NCBI GenBank assembly: GCA_965112735.1
Contig: OZ218950.1
Span: 3,472,001-3,536,000, forward strand
Direction of reading: 5' to 3'
DNA length: 64,000 bases
From: Phaeosaccion multiseriatum
Lineage: Eukaryota > Protista > Ochrophyta, other classes
This document shows positions 10,530-23,639 of the stretch, piece after piece. Under the pieces are notes generated by a model. The model did not search any database and was not told the origin of the DNA. It was given only the letters and a program-made list of their open reading frames with translations. The number at the start of each line of letters is the position of its first letter. Position 1 is the stretch's first letter. The translations under genes and the position numbers were made by a program.

Positions 10530-13500
10530 CTACCTGAAGGTCTCGTCGCCCTTGACCAAGGCCAAGTCCCCCGTGAAGAAGAGGTCTGCAGGCACCATCT
10601 TCTGTAGCGAAGTGTCCGTCGGGGGCAAAAACATCTCCATATTCACCTCCCTCGAGTCCAAGGTTTCCGGGTCCAGGTTCATAACCGCCCAGCCCACCGG
10701 GGTAACACAGCCCGTCTCCGGATCCTGGTCCTTGAGCTCGAAAATGACCACACAGCCCGGCCCGAGGTTCTCCAGCGGGTTCTGCATATGCCAAGTGGAT
10801 GACCACCACGTGTACGTCTGCTGCACCATGGCGGGCCCCAGGATGTCCTGCGGGATCTCCACACGCTCTGCGCGAGGGTCGTACACCGTCACCGTGATGA
10901 AGGGATTGCTCAAGTCCGCGGTGCTCTGCAACAAGAGAGATGGGATGGATGCGTCGATGGGACCACACAAAAGGGAGGAGGGGAGGACGAGGTAAGGTAA
11001 GGCAAGTAGGGCATAGTACTTTGAGCGTTTGAGGAAAAGGCTTAAACAGAACAGAGCAAGCAACGACTACAATTTACAATTTCCGCTCCCTTTTCCAACG
11101 TCGGCCGCACCTGCTGCATCAGCTTTTCGGGCATGATGCGGACGTAGGTGAGGCCCGACAGCATGCCCCTCGGGGGGGGGAGGAGAGGCCTGCGCTCGGC
11201 GGCCTTGTAGTACCCCACAGTCATGAGCTCCACGTCTTCGGCCTGCAGAGAGGAGGAGGGGGAGGTGGGTAGAGCATGGATGACACACGCGGGCAGACAG
11301 ATAGGCAGGGGGGCAGAGGCAGCGCGCTGTGAGTCAGTGAACAAGGAAGAAGAAGAAGAAGAAGAAGAAGAAGAAGAAGAAGAAGAAGAAGAAGAAGAAG
11401 AAGACGACCATCGAGAGGAAAGGGAACGTACACCTCTACAGAAAGTGGGAAGGAAGCCCCTTCCTCTTACCTCCTCGATGTAGTCAATGGCGCTGCACCC
11501 CTCCTTGTTCTTCTTGGACAGGTCCCCCCCCTTGCGCACGAGCGATGCGGCATGCACCACTGTCCCGTCCCGGGCCGTGAGGTGTAGCACGGTGTCTCCG
11601 CGGCGGTCCCTGGCATCCACAGGGCAGCCCGCCTCCACCAGCCACGCAGATATCTGACGCGATGCCATGGCAAAAGAGGGATAGAGAGAGAGTGAGCGGC
11701 CGGAGTATGGGGAAGAAAGGGGGGGGGGGGGAGGGAGGGACGGAGGAGAGGTTAGGGTGAGGCTGGCTTAGTACTAGTATGGACTGATTGGGGGGGGGGG
11801 GGGGGGGGATCATTCACTCACCTACTCACTCTCCCTTGCCTCACCCCAAGCCCCCCAGTCCCCAACTCCACCCTCATGCACACACCCTGACCCACCTTCA
11901 CTCTGGCGATGGCCTTGGCTTCGGTGGAAGACCTCGCGCTCCCGATGCCTCCTCCCACCGCGCCGCTGCCCCTGCCGCCCGCCTTGGAGGAGCTCCTCTT
12001 GACGGGGCGAGGGAGGGTCTTGGCTGTCCAGTGCAGAGGCGTCTCGCCGAACTTGTTGGTGGTTCGGACGAGCCTCTTTCGGTCGGCAACGTTGAGGTAC
12101 TGCCGAGCTCCAGCGCCACCGCCCCTGGTGTTGGGACGTGTGTGTGTGTGAGAGAGAGAGGAGAAAAGAGAGAGAGGAAGAGAGAGAGAAAACAATTGAG
12201 CCCGGGGGAGGAGGGCGCAGGCGTTCTTTGGGGCTGAAAACCATCCAAGCAACAAAGCGTTGAGAAAAAAGCCATGCTCCTCAACTCTCAAGGATGGGAA
12301 GAAGATACACGTAGGCCAGGTCACACGCTCTGGAGTCGGCTCCTTCTCTAGGAGCACCCCCTCCCATCTCTTCTATCTAGCGAGTCTCGGCCTCAGCCTC
12401 AAACGCAAAGTCCGTGCCCCCCTCCCTCCCCTCCCTCCTCTCACCTGCTCATGTTATGGTTGGCCACCACGGCGCGGAGCTTTCGCAGCCACGTGTACAT
12501 GACCTGTGTGCACACAGAGGGGAGGGAGGAGGAGGAGGAGGGGGGCGGGGGGGGGGTGAGGCGAGAAGGGAATGGCGATAATTCCCAAGAAAGAAAGAAA
12601 GAAAGAAAGAATAACAAACTTATCACCATACCAAAACAAGCGAGCGATACCACAACTGTAACGGTTTACACAAGTCGCCAACCCATGACGAGCAAGCGGG
12701 AGTGAGTGAGTGAGCTACTCATACCCCCCATGCCCGCCGCCCATGTCAGCTGCCAATATCCGTCCTCAAGCTGCTCACCTCCTCACTCTCTGCCCTGAAG
12801 TATAGTCTCCCCTCCTTGTTCTTCTTGCTCCTGAGGAGCTGTGGAGAGTGCAGCTCGAAGCAGTGCTCGAGTCCGTCCTCCCTGTCCCCCCGGCGCGAAC
12901 CTCCCGCCATGCTGGGCCGCTGATTCGCGAAGAAGCCCTAGGTGTTGGTGTTGGTGTTGCAGATGGAGGAGAGGAGCAGCAACAGCGGGCGAGAGAAGAA
13001 AGAGAGCGGTTTACTTGCAACATCGTAGATGGAACTGCTCCTTGACAGAGCAACATGACAGGGCAGCAATCCCTATTCCCGCATTCACTCACTCACCCAC
13101 CCTCCCACCCTCCCACCCACTCACTAACTCACCCACACACTCACTCACTCACCCACTCATTCACTCACTCACGGACTCACGGACTCACCCACTCACTCAC
13201 TGACTCACCCACTCACTCACTCACTCACTCACTCACTCACTGACTCACTGACTCACTGACTCACTCACTCACCCACTCACTCACCCACTCACTCACTCAC
13301 TCACTCACTCACTCACTCACTCACCCACCCACCCAATCACTGACTGACTGACTCACCTGCTGGGACTGTACGTAAGCCTGCGGAGACTGGAAGGGGTCAT
13401 GCACCCCCGAGCCGCTCAGGGCGCTTGCCGCCTTGGCAGCTGCACAGAGGAGGACGGGTATTCAATCGCGTCATCGAGTAGAGTCGACATGGGGGCACAC

Positions 13501-16500
13501 ACACACACACACACACGCACGCAAGAGAGAGAGTGAGTGAGTGAGTGAGTGGAGGGGTGGTTGAGTAAAGGGAGCGAAGAATAGAGAGTCTAACAAAGGC
13601 GCAGGTACTAATTGACTGACTGACTGCCTGACACCAGGTCCTGACCTGCTTCATCTGCGGACATGCCCGTCTTCTTGAGCAGGGCCATGTGCATGTCGAG
13701 CTTGAGGGCGGCCTTCTTGCAGCGGACGTGGTCCTGAGCGACGGCAACGGGGGAGAGCGATTGAGCAGAGGGGTGGGGGTTAAAACGCTCGAAGGAGGGG
13801 GTGAGAGAGCCCTCGAGCAAGGGGGGGAGCTACACCAAAAAAGCGCCCGTGACTGACGGACCGGGGCAACAGGTAGGCCCATATGCTTCCAATTCGGTTG
13901 GAACATCACCCCTTCCTCCCCCCCCCCCTTTGCTGCTCTGCACTGCTGCATGCCCACCCAACCCAATGCTCTACCCCGCGCTGCTCGGTGTCCGAGTCGC
14001 GGGGTCCCACCGCCATTGTACCTGCTTGGAGTGGAAGTACATAAATGAGTCGGGAGTGAGCACACACCAGCGCCGCTGCCACGCCCCCGTCTCCCTCCGC
14101 TTCATGAGAAAGCCCGACAGCACGGTTGTTTCCCTTCCCCCTCTTAGGGAAGGCGAAGAAGGCGTTTGATGAAGGCCAAGTCTTCCGTGGAATGTCCCCG
14201 TGCTGTTCAGCGTGAGCTGTGTATGCAGGTGGGTGTGAGAGGAGAGATTGGATACGTGGTCAGACCAATGCATTTTCAGGTGGACAAGCGTATCGGACCA
14301 GTGCAATGCAATGCTGTAGAGCTTGTGGGTCAATACAGCATACACAGCATAAAGAAGATGACTTATACCCTAAGGGTACGTCAGTAACAATCTATAGTAC
14401 AAGTAGTAGGGGAAAATGAAAAAATGCGCGCGGGCGAGACAGAGAGAGAGAAAGACAGACCACCCCCCCATCCGCCCACCCCCCGGCCCTTACGTTCATG
14501 CGGCTGCCGCCCATCATGCCTCCACCCATGCTGCTGCCCATATTACTGTGCATGGTGCTGCCCATATGACTGTGCATGGTGCTGGCCAGAGTCCCCGTGG
14601 CACTCATCATGTTTCTGTTGTTCCACTTGTCGCGGGCTTCGCCCACCGCCGCCGCCGCCGCCCCCACCCGCGCGTTCACTCTCGTGTTGGTGCGGAGACT
14701 CTCCACAGCGGCCTCCTCGTCGGTCAGCACCTGAGTAGGGCAGGACAGAGGACAGAGGACAGAGGAAATGACAAGACAGCACAGGACACATACATTGGTT
14801 CTCCGCTTTCCGCTGTGCCTAACCTAGCACTGACACTTACACCGGCGTTACACCCTACACCCTATACCCTATATCCTGCATCCTATATATCCTATACCCT
14901 ATGCCCCACACCCACGCTCAGATACTCTAATAACACACAAACACTAACAAAAACACAAATACAAATTATCACTTACCACTGCGTTGTGCCTGGCGGCGAT
15001 AAGCTTGACGAGGTCGTAGTTGCACGATGCCGCAGCAAAGTGCATGGCCGTGTTGCCGTCCGAGTCCCGCAGCAGCATCTCGGAGGGGAGCGGGTCCAAC
15101 AGGGACACCAAGGGGCAGCTCCCACTACCGCAAGCCGCATGGATCAGCAGCTTGAAGTTGTCGTATCTGAGAAGGATAGAAGATAAATATAGAGCACACA
15201 AATGTGGGACAGACACAGAGAATAGAGCACACAGACAGGCAAAGAGAGGGCGCCGATGGAGGGTAGGGAGGGTAGGAAGGGTGCGAGGGTGGGTGGGTGG
15301 GTGGGCGGGTTGAGGTAAGGAAGGAAGAGAGGGGGTGCATGTCGTGCCCGTAGGAAGGGGGACTGAAGCGGAAAGTGTGCCTAACTAACCTGTTCCGAAT
15401 GTAGAGAAGCTCGGGCATGGCCTTGATGGCGGCTGCCACGGCATTCACATTGCCCTCCGCTGCAAAGCAAGAGCAAAGAAGAGGCGAAACAGATAAGACC
15501 GACAATGAGAGGAGAGGGAGAGAGAGAAAGAGAGAGAGAAGTTGGTCAGGACCATCGGTCGATTGGACACAGTATCTATCGCCTCTGGCTCTAGGCCTTG
15601 TCCTGCCTCCCCTCCTCCACCCCTACCTGCGTAGTGGAAGGCGTCGGCCACCCTTTGCTCCAAGATGAGACCCCTCAGCCAGTAACGGATATTGTGGCTG
15701 AGCATAGAAGCCGCGCTCCTGTGAAACACACACGTAGCGCACAGACACGTTAGGTAAGAGGAGGGAGAGAGGTGCAAAACACAAACAACCACCCACTCCT
15801 CCCCCCCACGCCCACGTCCACGCCGGCGCTCCTCACCTCTCCTGGTCCATCGTTCTCCGTTTGTTGGCGACGCTCTTGGCTTCCTTGCGGCCCCTCCAGG
15901 TAGATTGCACGCACACCGCCGCCTCCTCCATCTCTCGGGCGGCCTTGAGGGCCTTCTCTCTCTCCTTTCGCTCTCGCTCAAGGGCCTCCTCTCTCTCCTT
16001 CTGCTCCCGCTCTGCCAGCTCGCGTGCGGCCTTCAGGGCTTCCTCTTTCTCCTTCTCCTCCCTCTCCAGGGCTAGCTTCCTCTCTCTCTCCTCCCTCTCC
16101 AGGGCCTCCTCTCTCTCCTTCCTCTGTCGCTCGAGTGCAAGCTCCTTCTCCTTCTGCTCCAGCTCCAGGGCAAGCTTTCTCTCCAGGGCTAAGGCTCGCT
16201 CCCTCTCGAGGGCTCGCTCCTTCTCCTTCCGCTCTCTCTCCAGGGCTTCCTCCTTCTCCCTCTGCTCCCTCGCCAGGGCATCCTCCCTCGCTTTTTGCTC
16301 CCTCTTCAAAGCTTCCTCCCTCTCCCTCAGCTCCCGCTCCAGGGCTTCCTGCCTCTCCCTCTCCTCCTTCTCCTCCCTCAGTCTCTTCTCCTCCCTCTGC
16401 CTCTTGAGAACGTCCAAGTTCACCCTCTTTTGGGCCTGACTCCTTCGGACCTGACTCTGGATCTTGACTGCACTCTCCTGGCGCCTCACGCCAAGCTTGC

Positions 16501-19500
16501 GCGCCGCATATCCGCGGAACATCTTTTGGACCACACTCGCGCTCACGTTGTGGCCCTGTTTCGTATTTATATACACAAAGGACGGTGACAAAAGTAAGAG
16601 AAAGGAGAGGAGACGAGAGAAGAGGAACGGATAGATGGAGGTCAGAGGTCACAGCGCTCACGATGGAAGAGAGAGGAGGACCACTGGGGCAAGGTCAGTG
16701 AGTGACGCAAAAAAAAATATGAATGCCCTCTCTCCCCATCTATCGTACCTCGTGCAGTCTCCGAAGGCGCTGTCCCCTCCAAACGCGCTGGATGGTCTGG
16801 GCGCTGGCCCTGTGTATAGAGTGTGTACGGAGGGGCGTGTAAGGGGCAAGGGGCAAAACAAAATGAGACAAAACACACACACACACACACACACACTCGC
16901 TCTTTCCCCACCTCTCTTCATGCGGAGCGATTGGATACCATTCATTGTGCTATCCTCACTCCTCACTCATCCTCCTGCCCCTCCCCTTTACAGAGCAACG
17001 ACCAGACCCGAGAAAGGAAGGAAGGAAAGAAGAACAGACAAAAACAATACGAACCTCTGCTTGGCGAGGGCCCTCCTCTGCGCATGCCCCCTGGCCACTC
17101 TCTGCAGGGTCACGGCAGCAGCCTTGAGGCAAGCAAAGCGCTTCTTGCCCAGGTAGGCCCTCCACCAGGCCTGCACCACCGTCGCGCTGTCGCTCACGAT
17201 CTGCAGGCGAGGAGGCCAGATGGGACAGAGCACAGCACAGCACAGTACAGCAGAGCAGAGCAAGGGTTAGGCGCTGGTTGGGGGCCTACCGTGGAATAAC
17301 TCACTCGGTGGGGCATGCATCAGCAAGTGGGCGAGAGGAGTGAGTGAGACAAGCGCAGGAACGCACACACGGCGACGTGCACGCACCATTCTCGCCGACA
17401 AGCGAAGGGCTTCTACGCCCTCCTCCTTGATGAAGGCCTGCGTCCTTCCGAGCTGGAACAGGGCGGCATCGGCGTGTTTCGCAAGGAGCCTACCCGCGGC
17501 CTTCTTCGCCTCGTCCTCGCTCAGCTTGGCCTGCTTGACATGCTTCGCTCCTCCTGCCTGAGCCGCCTGCAGACGCTCGTGCAGGCGAGGGAAGCGGCGC
17601 AGCAGCTCCTGGAAGGGCATACGCACGGGGTAGGCCTCCTGTCGAATGCGCACCACCTCCAGCACGCCTGAGTAGAGCAGTTGGTCGCGCACCATGTGTG
17701 GGCTGAAACCTCCAGGAGCCTTGATGGAGTTGGGCTTGATGCATTTGATGTAGTGCGGCTGGGTGGTGCGCAAAGTGCACATCAGGGCATCCAACTGGCG
17801 ACGGAAGTTATGGCTCACCGTCACCTGTTCCGCGTTTGTATGTTGTGTTGTGGTGTAGCAGCAGTTGTTAGTAAAGCGATCTGCGAACAAAAGATGTCTC
17901 TCTTTATGTGTCCCTCACGCACTCTCTTCCGTCTCTCGCCCGCCCCGTCCGCCCGCCCACACACGCACACACCTTCTGTGCGATCTTCCGGACCTGCCCC
18001 TTGGCCCCCTTGCCCTCTCTCTGGCTGCGCTCCTCGTGTCTGTTGAGTGACATCTTGCCGCTGAAGCTCCCGCTGCCTCCAGACATGCTCCCGCGGGTGT
18101 GCGCGAGGCTGCGGCCGAAGCTGTCCGTGCGGCCAAGTAGAGTGGAGCGGCTGCTTTGGTTCTGATCCTCCATTGCCCTTGTTGCCTCCAACAAGTGAAG
18201 TTCCTCTGGGGTGGGGAGAAACACAAAGCGCAAAGCAGAGCACCGACACAAGAGAGAGAGAGAGAGAGAGATCACGTTCAGAACGGACCAATTCGACATC
18301 AAAGGTGAACACCCCCCCCCCCCTATGAGGCCCAATGTCGCCCACCTGCGTCGTTCTTGTAGGTGGCGAGCTCGAGCACGAAGGGGTCGCCGCTCATCTC
18401 GAGCATGCCCAGGAGGTTGTCGTGCAGACTGTCGTTATTCTTCTCAAGCATGCCGGCCACGTCGTACGTCACCTAAAGAGCGAGCAAATCATGAGCAAGC
18501 ATTGAGAGCAAAGGATGAGTGAGGGATGGAGCAAAGGATGAGCAAAGGGTCGTCGAGTGAAACGATTAAAGAGAGAAAGAGAGAGAGTGGTGGAGTCTCG
18601 CTCGTACCTCTCCGGCAAAGTGCTTGACAATGAACTCGGGGCTCTCGAAGCGCGGCTTGCTGTAGCAGGGGTGCGTCTTGAGGTGTGTCTGATGATAGAG
18701 CACAAGGAGGCGGCTGTTGTCGGCCTTGCGCCCCAACATGGCTTGCTCCTCCAGCTGGATGAGCAGACCCGTGGGCTTCTTGCTGATGAGGTCGATGACG
18801 GGTTGGTTGTCTTGGAAGTGGATCAGGTCCCACGATAGACCCTCGGCCGCGTACTCCTCCTGCGAGGATAGATTGAGCGTAGAGCAGAGGCACATCGCAC
18901 ACACGGCGTGTCAGGGGGTCATGACGGGCACGTCAAAGAGGGGGAGCAAAGAGGATGGGATGGGGTGAATGGCGGAGAGAGCGCGTGAGGTGGATTGGTT
19001 GCTTGTTCATCGTCAGAGAGAGAGAGAGTGAGAGAGTTGTAGTTGTGTGCGCTGCGAGTACCATACCTGTTCCCTGACGAAGATGTGTTGGTTGAACTGC
19101 TGCTGCAGCACCTCGTTGGCAAAGTTTATGCACAGCTGAAAGGGGAGGGAGGGAGAGAAGAGGGGCGAGAGTGAGCGAGCATCATGACGGACGGAAAAGG
19201 GCGCCACTCGATACTGCACGCCAATGGCAACACATCAGAGCAAAAGAGATACGCCTCTCACGGGAGAGAGGGCTCTCCATCCATGCACCTACGGCAAGAC
19301 TGCCGCCCTGCCTGCTGTGCTCGCCCTTTACCTGCTCGAAGCTGTTCCTGTTCATGATCTCGAAGCCGAAGATGTCGAGGATGCCCGTGAAGGCCGTACG
19401 TGTCTGCGTGGCCTGCGACCCTCCCGCAGCTCCAGCGCTGCTATGGCTGTCGTTGATCTTTCCCACCAGCCACGAGAAGAGCTGCGCCCGCCCAGCCAAG

Positions 19501-20858
19501 AGCCAAGAGCCAAGAAAGAGAGTGGGGGGAGGAGGAAGCGAGCCGGCACCGAATGCCGAACCAAGAAGGGGGGAAGGCAAAAAGCGTCGAGAGTGACGCG
19601 AGTCGCATCAGTAAAAGATCAGGGTCGTGCACGAGAAAAGGAGTAAGGGTGGTTTACATGTGATTCCCCCCCCCCCCCCATATACGTAAGCACACGTAGG
19701 AACACACCTGGCCGTAGACGTGCTTGATGAGGGCCTCAACGTTCTCCCTGCTCTGCGCCTTGTCGAGGGGAATGACGAACATGCTTCCTCTGCCGCTCAG
19801 CGTCACGCGCGTGACGATGGACTGGATCAGGAGCTCGGGCTTCACAGAAAGGAGCTGTTTTGGTACACACATACACACATACAGAGAGAGAGAGATTGAT
19901 CGATCAGAACAGCGAACAGCACCAGCACAGTTGGCGATGAGTTTGGTACACACGCTCACGCACGCACACGTGCTCGTTCGCCTCTCGCCCTTTTCCCCTC
20001 CTCTCCCCTCACACACCTCTGCGATGTCCTCGACTCGGGGCCCGTCGGGCAGCTGGAGGTGGGCTCTGGCGGGGTCCTCCTCTGTCCCCTCCTTGGCGTC
20101 TCTGAAGTCAGCGTTGCCCATGTGCAGCAAGGCGGCGAGCACGCGCCACACGTTGGACTTCTCCTCCTCAGAGAGGCCCAGAGTAGATAGGGCATCGCGG
20201 CAGTTCTGTATGTGTGTATGTGTGTGTGTGTGTGAGTGTGTGTGGTCAGCGGGCCGCGAGAGGGGAGGAGGTGGGTGTCCGCAGTAGTGAGTAGCAGCAA
20301 CAAGAGGAGAGAATCACACACACACACGCATGCACACGCAAAGCTTACGATGCTCTCCATATACGATACGCTCGTCCCTCCGCACACGGGGTTCTACCGT
20401 AACAGCCTACAAATGACACATATACACACGTGTACCACCCGGAGAACCAACCCGCTCACCTGGAACTCGTCGGCGTCGTCAATATCCTCGCTCTGCTCAA
20501 AGACGCCCCCCATCTTCAGCATGCGGTAGTGGGACGGGTCGGGCCGAAGGTGCAGCGACTCGCTTAGGTCAGGACTGTTCTTGCTGCCCCTGCAGAGCTG
20601 GTAGAAAATGTGATAGTTGCGCTCCAGAGGGTCTTGGTGCACCAGGCGGCTCTTCTCCAACAGGAAGTGGAGGGTGGTGGCGCCCACGAGCTGCCACGTG
20701 TCATCGTATTGAAGCTTGATGTACTTGCCGAAGCGACTGTTGCGGCGGTGAGTGAATGATGGGGTGTGTGAGTGAGTGGGTGGGTAAGCGAGGATTAGTC
20801 TTACGCAATAGTGACTCTGACCAGCAGTTCGAGCTTGTGAGTACGTCTGACACACACG

Positions 20859-20903
<45 letters not shown>

Positions 20904-22988
20904 GGAGTTGTCGTTGCGGACGGTCTTGGCATTGCCAAAGGCCTCAAGCACAACCGTGCTCTGCACCAGCCGCGCCTGAATCACTTCGCCGATGCTGCCC
21001 TCGTCCGCCGTGCCAGATACGGCACGACTTGCCTGGACACACACGGGGGGAGGGGAGAAGACATGAGAGGTCGGCTCTTCCCTTCCCAGTAAGTGCCGAG
21101 TGTGGCTCCGAGGCAAGACCCTGACTCTGACTCTAATCCCTCCCCCCACCCCTTGGGTGCGGACCCCGGGGGCCCCCCTGAGGACTGCCCATGGCAGTCT
21201 GTGGTGTGTGTGTGGCTGACTCACCTCGATGAGGTAACGCATGACGTGCTTTGCGGCCTCTGTCTTGCCTGCGCCGCTCTCTCCCGTACTGCCCCAGGCA
21301 CAAGCATTAATGTTATAGGGGGGAGGATGGATGGATGATTAGTGAAGGCTGTAACTGTAAGGTGTAAGGAGTGCGAGATAAGCTCCTATAGCTGTATCGA
21401 GTGAACCACTATTTCTCCTCTCAACCCCCCTTACATGATGATGCTCTGATTGCGAAGGTGCTGCGTGTTGAAGCCGGGTCCTCCTCCCAGGGAAAGGGCC
21501 GGATTGGGATCAATCTGAGCGCAGAGAGAGTGAGAGAGAGACAGAGAGAGGGCAGCAGCAGCGACCGCAGACGGGTGGGCAGGGCGGGCAGGACAGGAGG
21601 AGGAAGATGAGAGGCAGGCAGGCATGTGGGGGAGTGCAACGAAAGCTTATCGGGCATGGAACGAAGGAACGATTCTATAGAAGACATGGCCCCACACTGT
21701 GAAGTCCAATTTCCGTTCCAATTCCGACGTTGTGCCCCGATGTAAGATAGCGGCACCACAGCACCACCTTACCATGAGCTGGTGGGCCTTATCTGCGACA
21801 GAGTACACGTGGGGGTGTTTGAGCATGTCGCAGCCCCCTTCACGGCGCGGCCCCTCGTTTCCCTCCTCCTCCTCCTCCTCGTCGTCGTCGTCGTCGTCGC
21901 CCTCTTCGTTGCTAAGAGAGCAGAGTAGAGCAGAGGCAGAACCAGAGGCCGGCAGGCGACACCCGAAAAGGAAAAGGGGGCGACTAGGGTGAGCAGCAGC
22001 TACATGTTTGACTCTCAGTCCGGCAGAAAAGTTGTGAGGGTCATCAGAAGGGAAGGTGGACTGGAAGCAGCGCGTTGCGTTGCTCTTGCTCACCTTTTGT
22101 CCTGGCCTGTGCGCACCCCCACGCTGCTGATGCGCTTGTTGATGGTCTTCTTGAGGCTCGGGAGGAGCTCGGGCATATCGTACAGGAAGGGGATGGGCTT
22201 GTACGGGTTCAGAGAGATGAGCACCTGCACGAGAGGGAGAGAGAGGACAAGGGGGGGGGGGGGGGGGTTGCGTGCTAAGGATTGGCAGGGGGGCACAGAA
22301 TTTGTTTCCGTCGCTCGCCTCCATTGGCAAATAACAGCAATAGAACGACTCACGACTCACGTCTCCGGTGTATGTGTAGATGTCATCGGCGGTGAAGCGT
22401 TGGCGCAGGAGGTTGAGCAGGGCCGGCTCGTGCAAGTTGTTGAGCGTGGCCGCGTCCTCCAGGTACATGCTGTGGGAAGGGTCCCACACGCGGGTCTTGG
22501 AGCAGAGAATAGGCAGCAATAGAAGAAAGGAAGGGATGAAAGAAGCGTGAACGTCGAGGGCTAAATGTGTCAGTGGGGTTTTCCCCACCCACCCCTCTCC
22601 CCCTCTTCCTTCAGCTTTCCTCTCAACCCCTCTCTTATTTACTCACCTCATCTCTAGGCAGGGAGACGGGCTCAGCTGTTCCAGGAACATTGACTGTGAC
22701 ATTGATCTCGCCTCTGACGTCTGTCTCTAGGGTTGCAAGCTTCCACACGTCCTGCCGATCAGGCACCCACACCTGCTGAATGCTGTCGTCTTCCAAGCTC
22801 GCCTCAGCGGGGCTGCTCGTGCGAGGAGCAGAGCTGCCTCGGCTGCCAGCTGCGGTCTGCCGTGCCTTGGCATTATTGCCCGCAGACTTGCCGCTTGTGG
22901 CGTTCGCGGTGCCGTCCCTGCTGTTAGTGGACGTTTGTTGCAAAACTTTCCTCTCAGGGCCTTTGTTTTTCCCCTTCAACCATTCCAT
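10530..22988 (-). CDS. Unconventional myosin: motor, IQ motifs, charged helix, ankyrin repeats, PH domain, ankyrin repeats and C-terminal C2 (Aida-type) domain; many exons
   Basis: LNNLHEPALLNLLRQRF..IYTYTG, P-loop ITGESGAGKTE (~21260-21290), [60 protein letters not shown]. IQ motifs VQAWWRAYLGKK, LQRVARGHAQRR, VQKMFRGYAARK. Ankyrin DGNTAMHFAA, FGETPLHW, RGDTVLHLTA. PH SGFLMKRRETGAWQRRWCVL. C2-like VVIFELKD..VGWAVMNLD. The 3' end could extend one exon further (~10120). Confidence 0.9.
13084..13356. repeat. Degenerate (TCAC)n array, sense strand (GTGA)n, filling a myosin intron from its donor site
   Basis: About 270 bp of ctca/ccca/ctga units; the minus strand reads CAG|GTGAGTCAGTCAGT...GTGAGTGAG. 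Confidence 0.9.
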
Positions 22989-23639
22989 GTTGCCTCGCTA
23001 CCGTTCCCGCCTTCGCAGAATGACTACAACAAGCACTCCCTGCCACTTCCTCTGTGGCGTAGAGCCTCCTTCTTCTTTTTCACTCCACTTGTACTTGTTC
23101 CTCGCCCAAAGAGTCAGCCTTTGTGGCAGTTGGTGAATTAGGTTAATTTCTGGCCGCGCGGCACGCTGAGCTATACCTGAAGCGCGGCACCGAGCGCAGC
23201 GAAGCCCCACGCCACTCCAAAGAATGCGCGATAGAAAGCTCCTCCTAGGCCTCTCTCTGGAATTTAAATGCTTCCCTCCGTCGTGTTTGGCCGAAAGAGG
23301 CAAGGGAGCGAGCGACCTGAAACGGAAACTGGGTGCACCCCGGGGGAACATATCCGCGACACGGTTCCCCCAACCCCATGTCGACACTCCATGTCGACCT
23401 TGCGTATTTATATATACACACACGAGAAAGGAGAAGTCCCGTGCGAAGTAGAGAGAACTTTACTCTCGCTTCTGCTGCTGTGTGAAGGTGCCTGGGGGCC
23501 ACGTTGGAGCGCGATGAGGGTTGATGGGCGCTGTGGTTGAACCACGAGAGAAAGGCTCCAGCAAAAGACAGAGACACGCGTACACGTAAAGGGGGAGAAG
23601 GGGGGGGGTGTGCTCTGCTTCAGCCCCCACGGTAACCTG

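Noticed and set aside
13084-13356. CRISPR array or telomeric repeat
   Set aside because: Simple degenerate tetranucleotide run with no spacers, inside a spliceosomal intron; not TTAGGG-like.
15861-16661. Overlapping alternative-frame and antisense ORFs over the myosin charged helix
   Set aside because: Shadow frames of repetitive, stop-poor GC-rich coding sequence; the same applies to those over SAS-4, DDX23 and the stalk exon.
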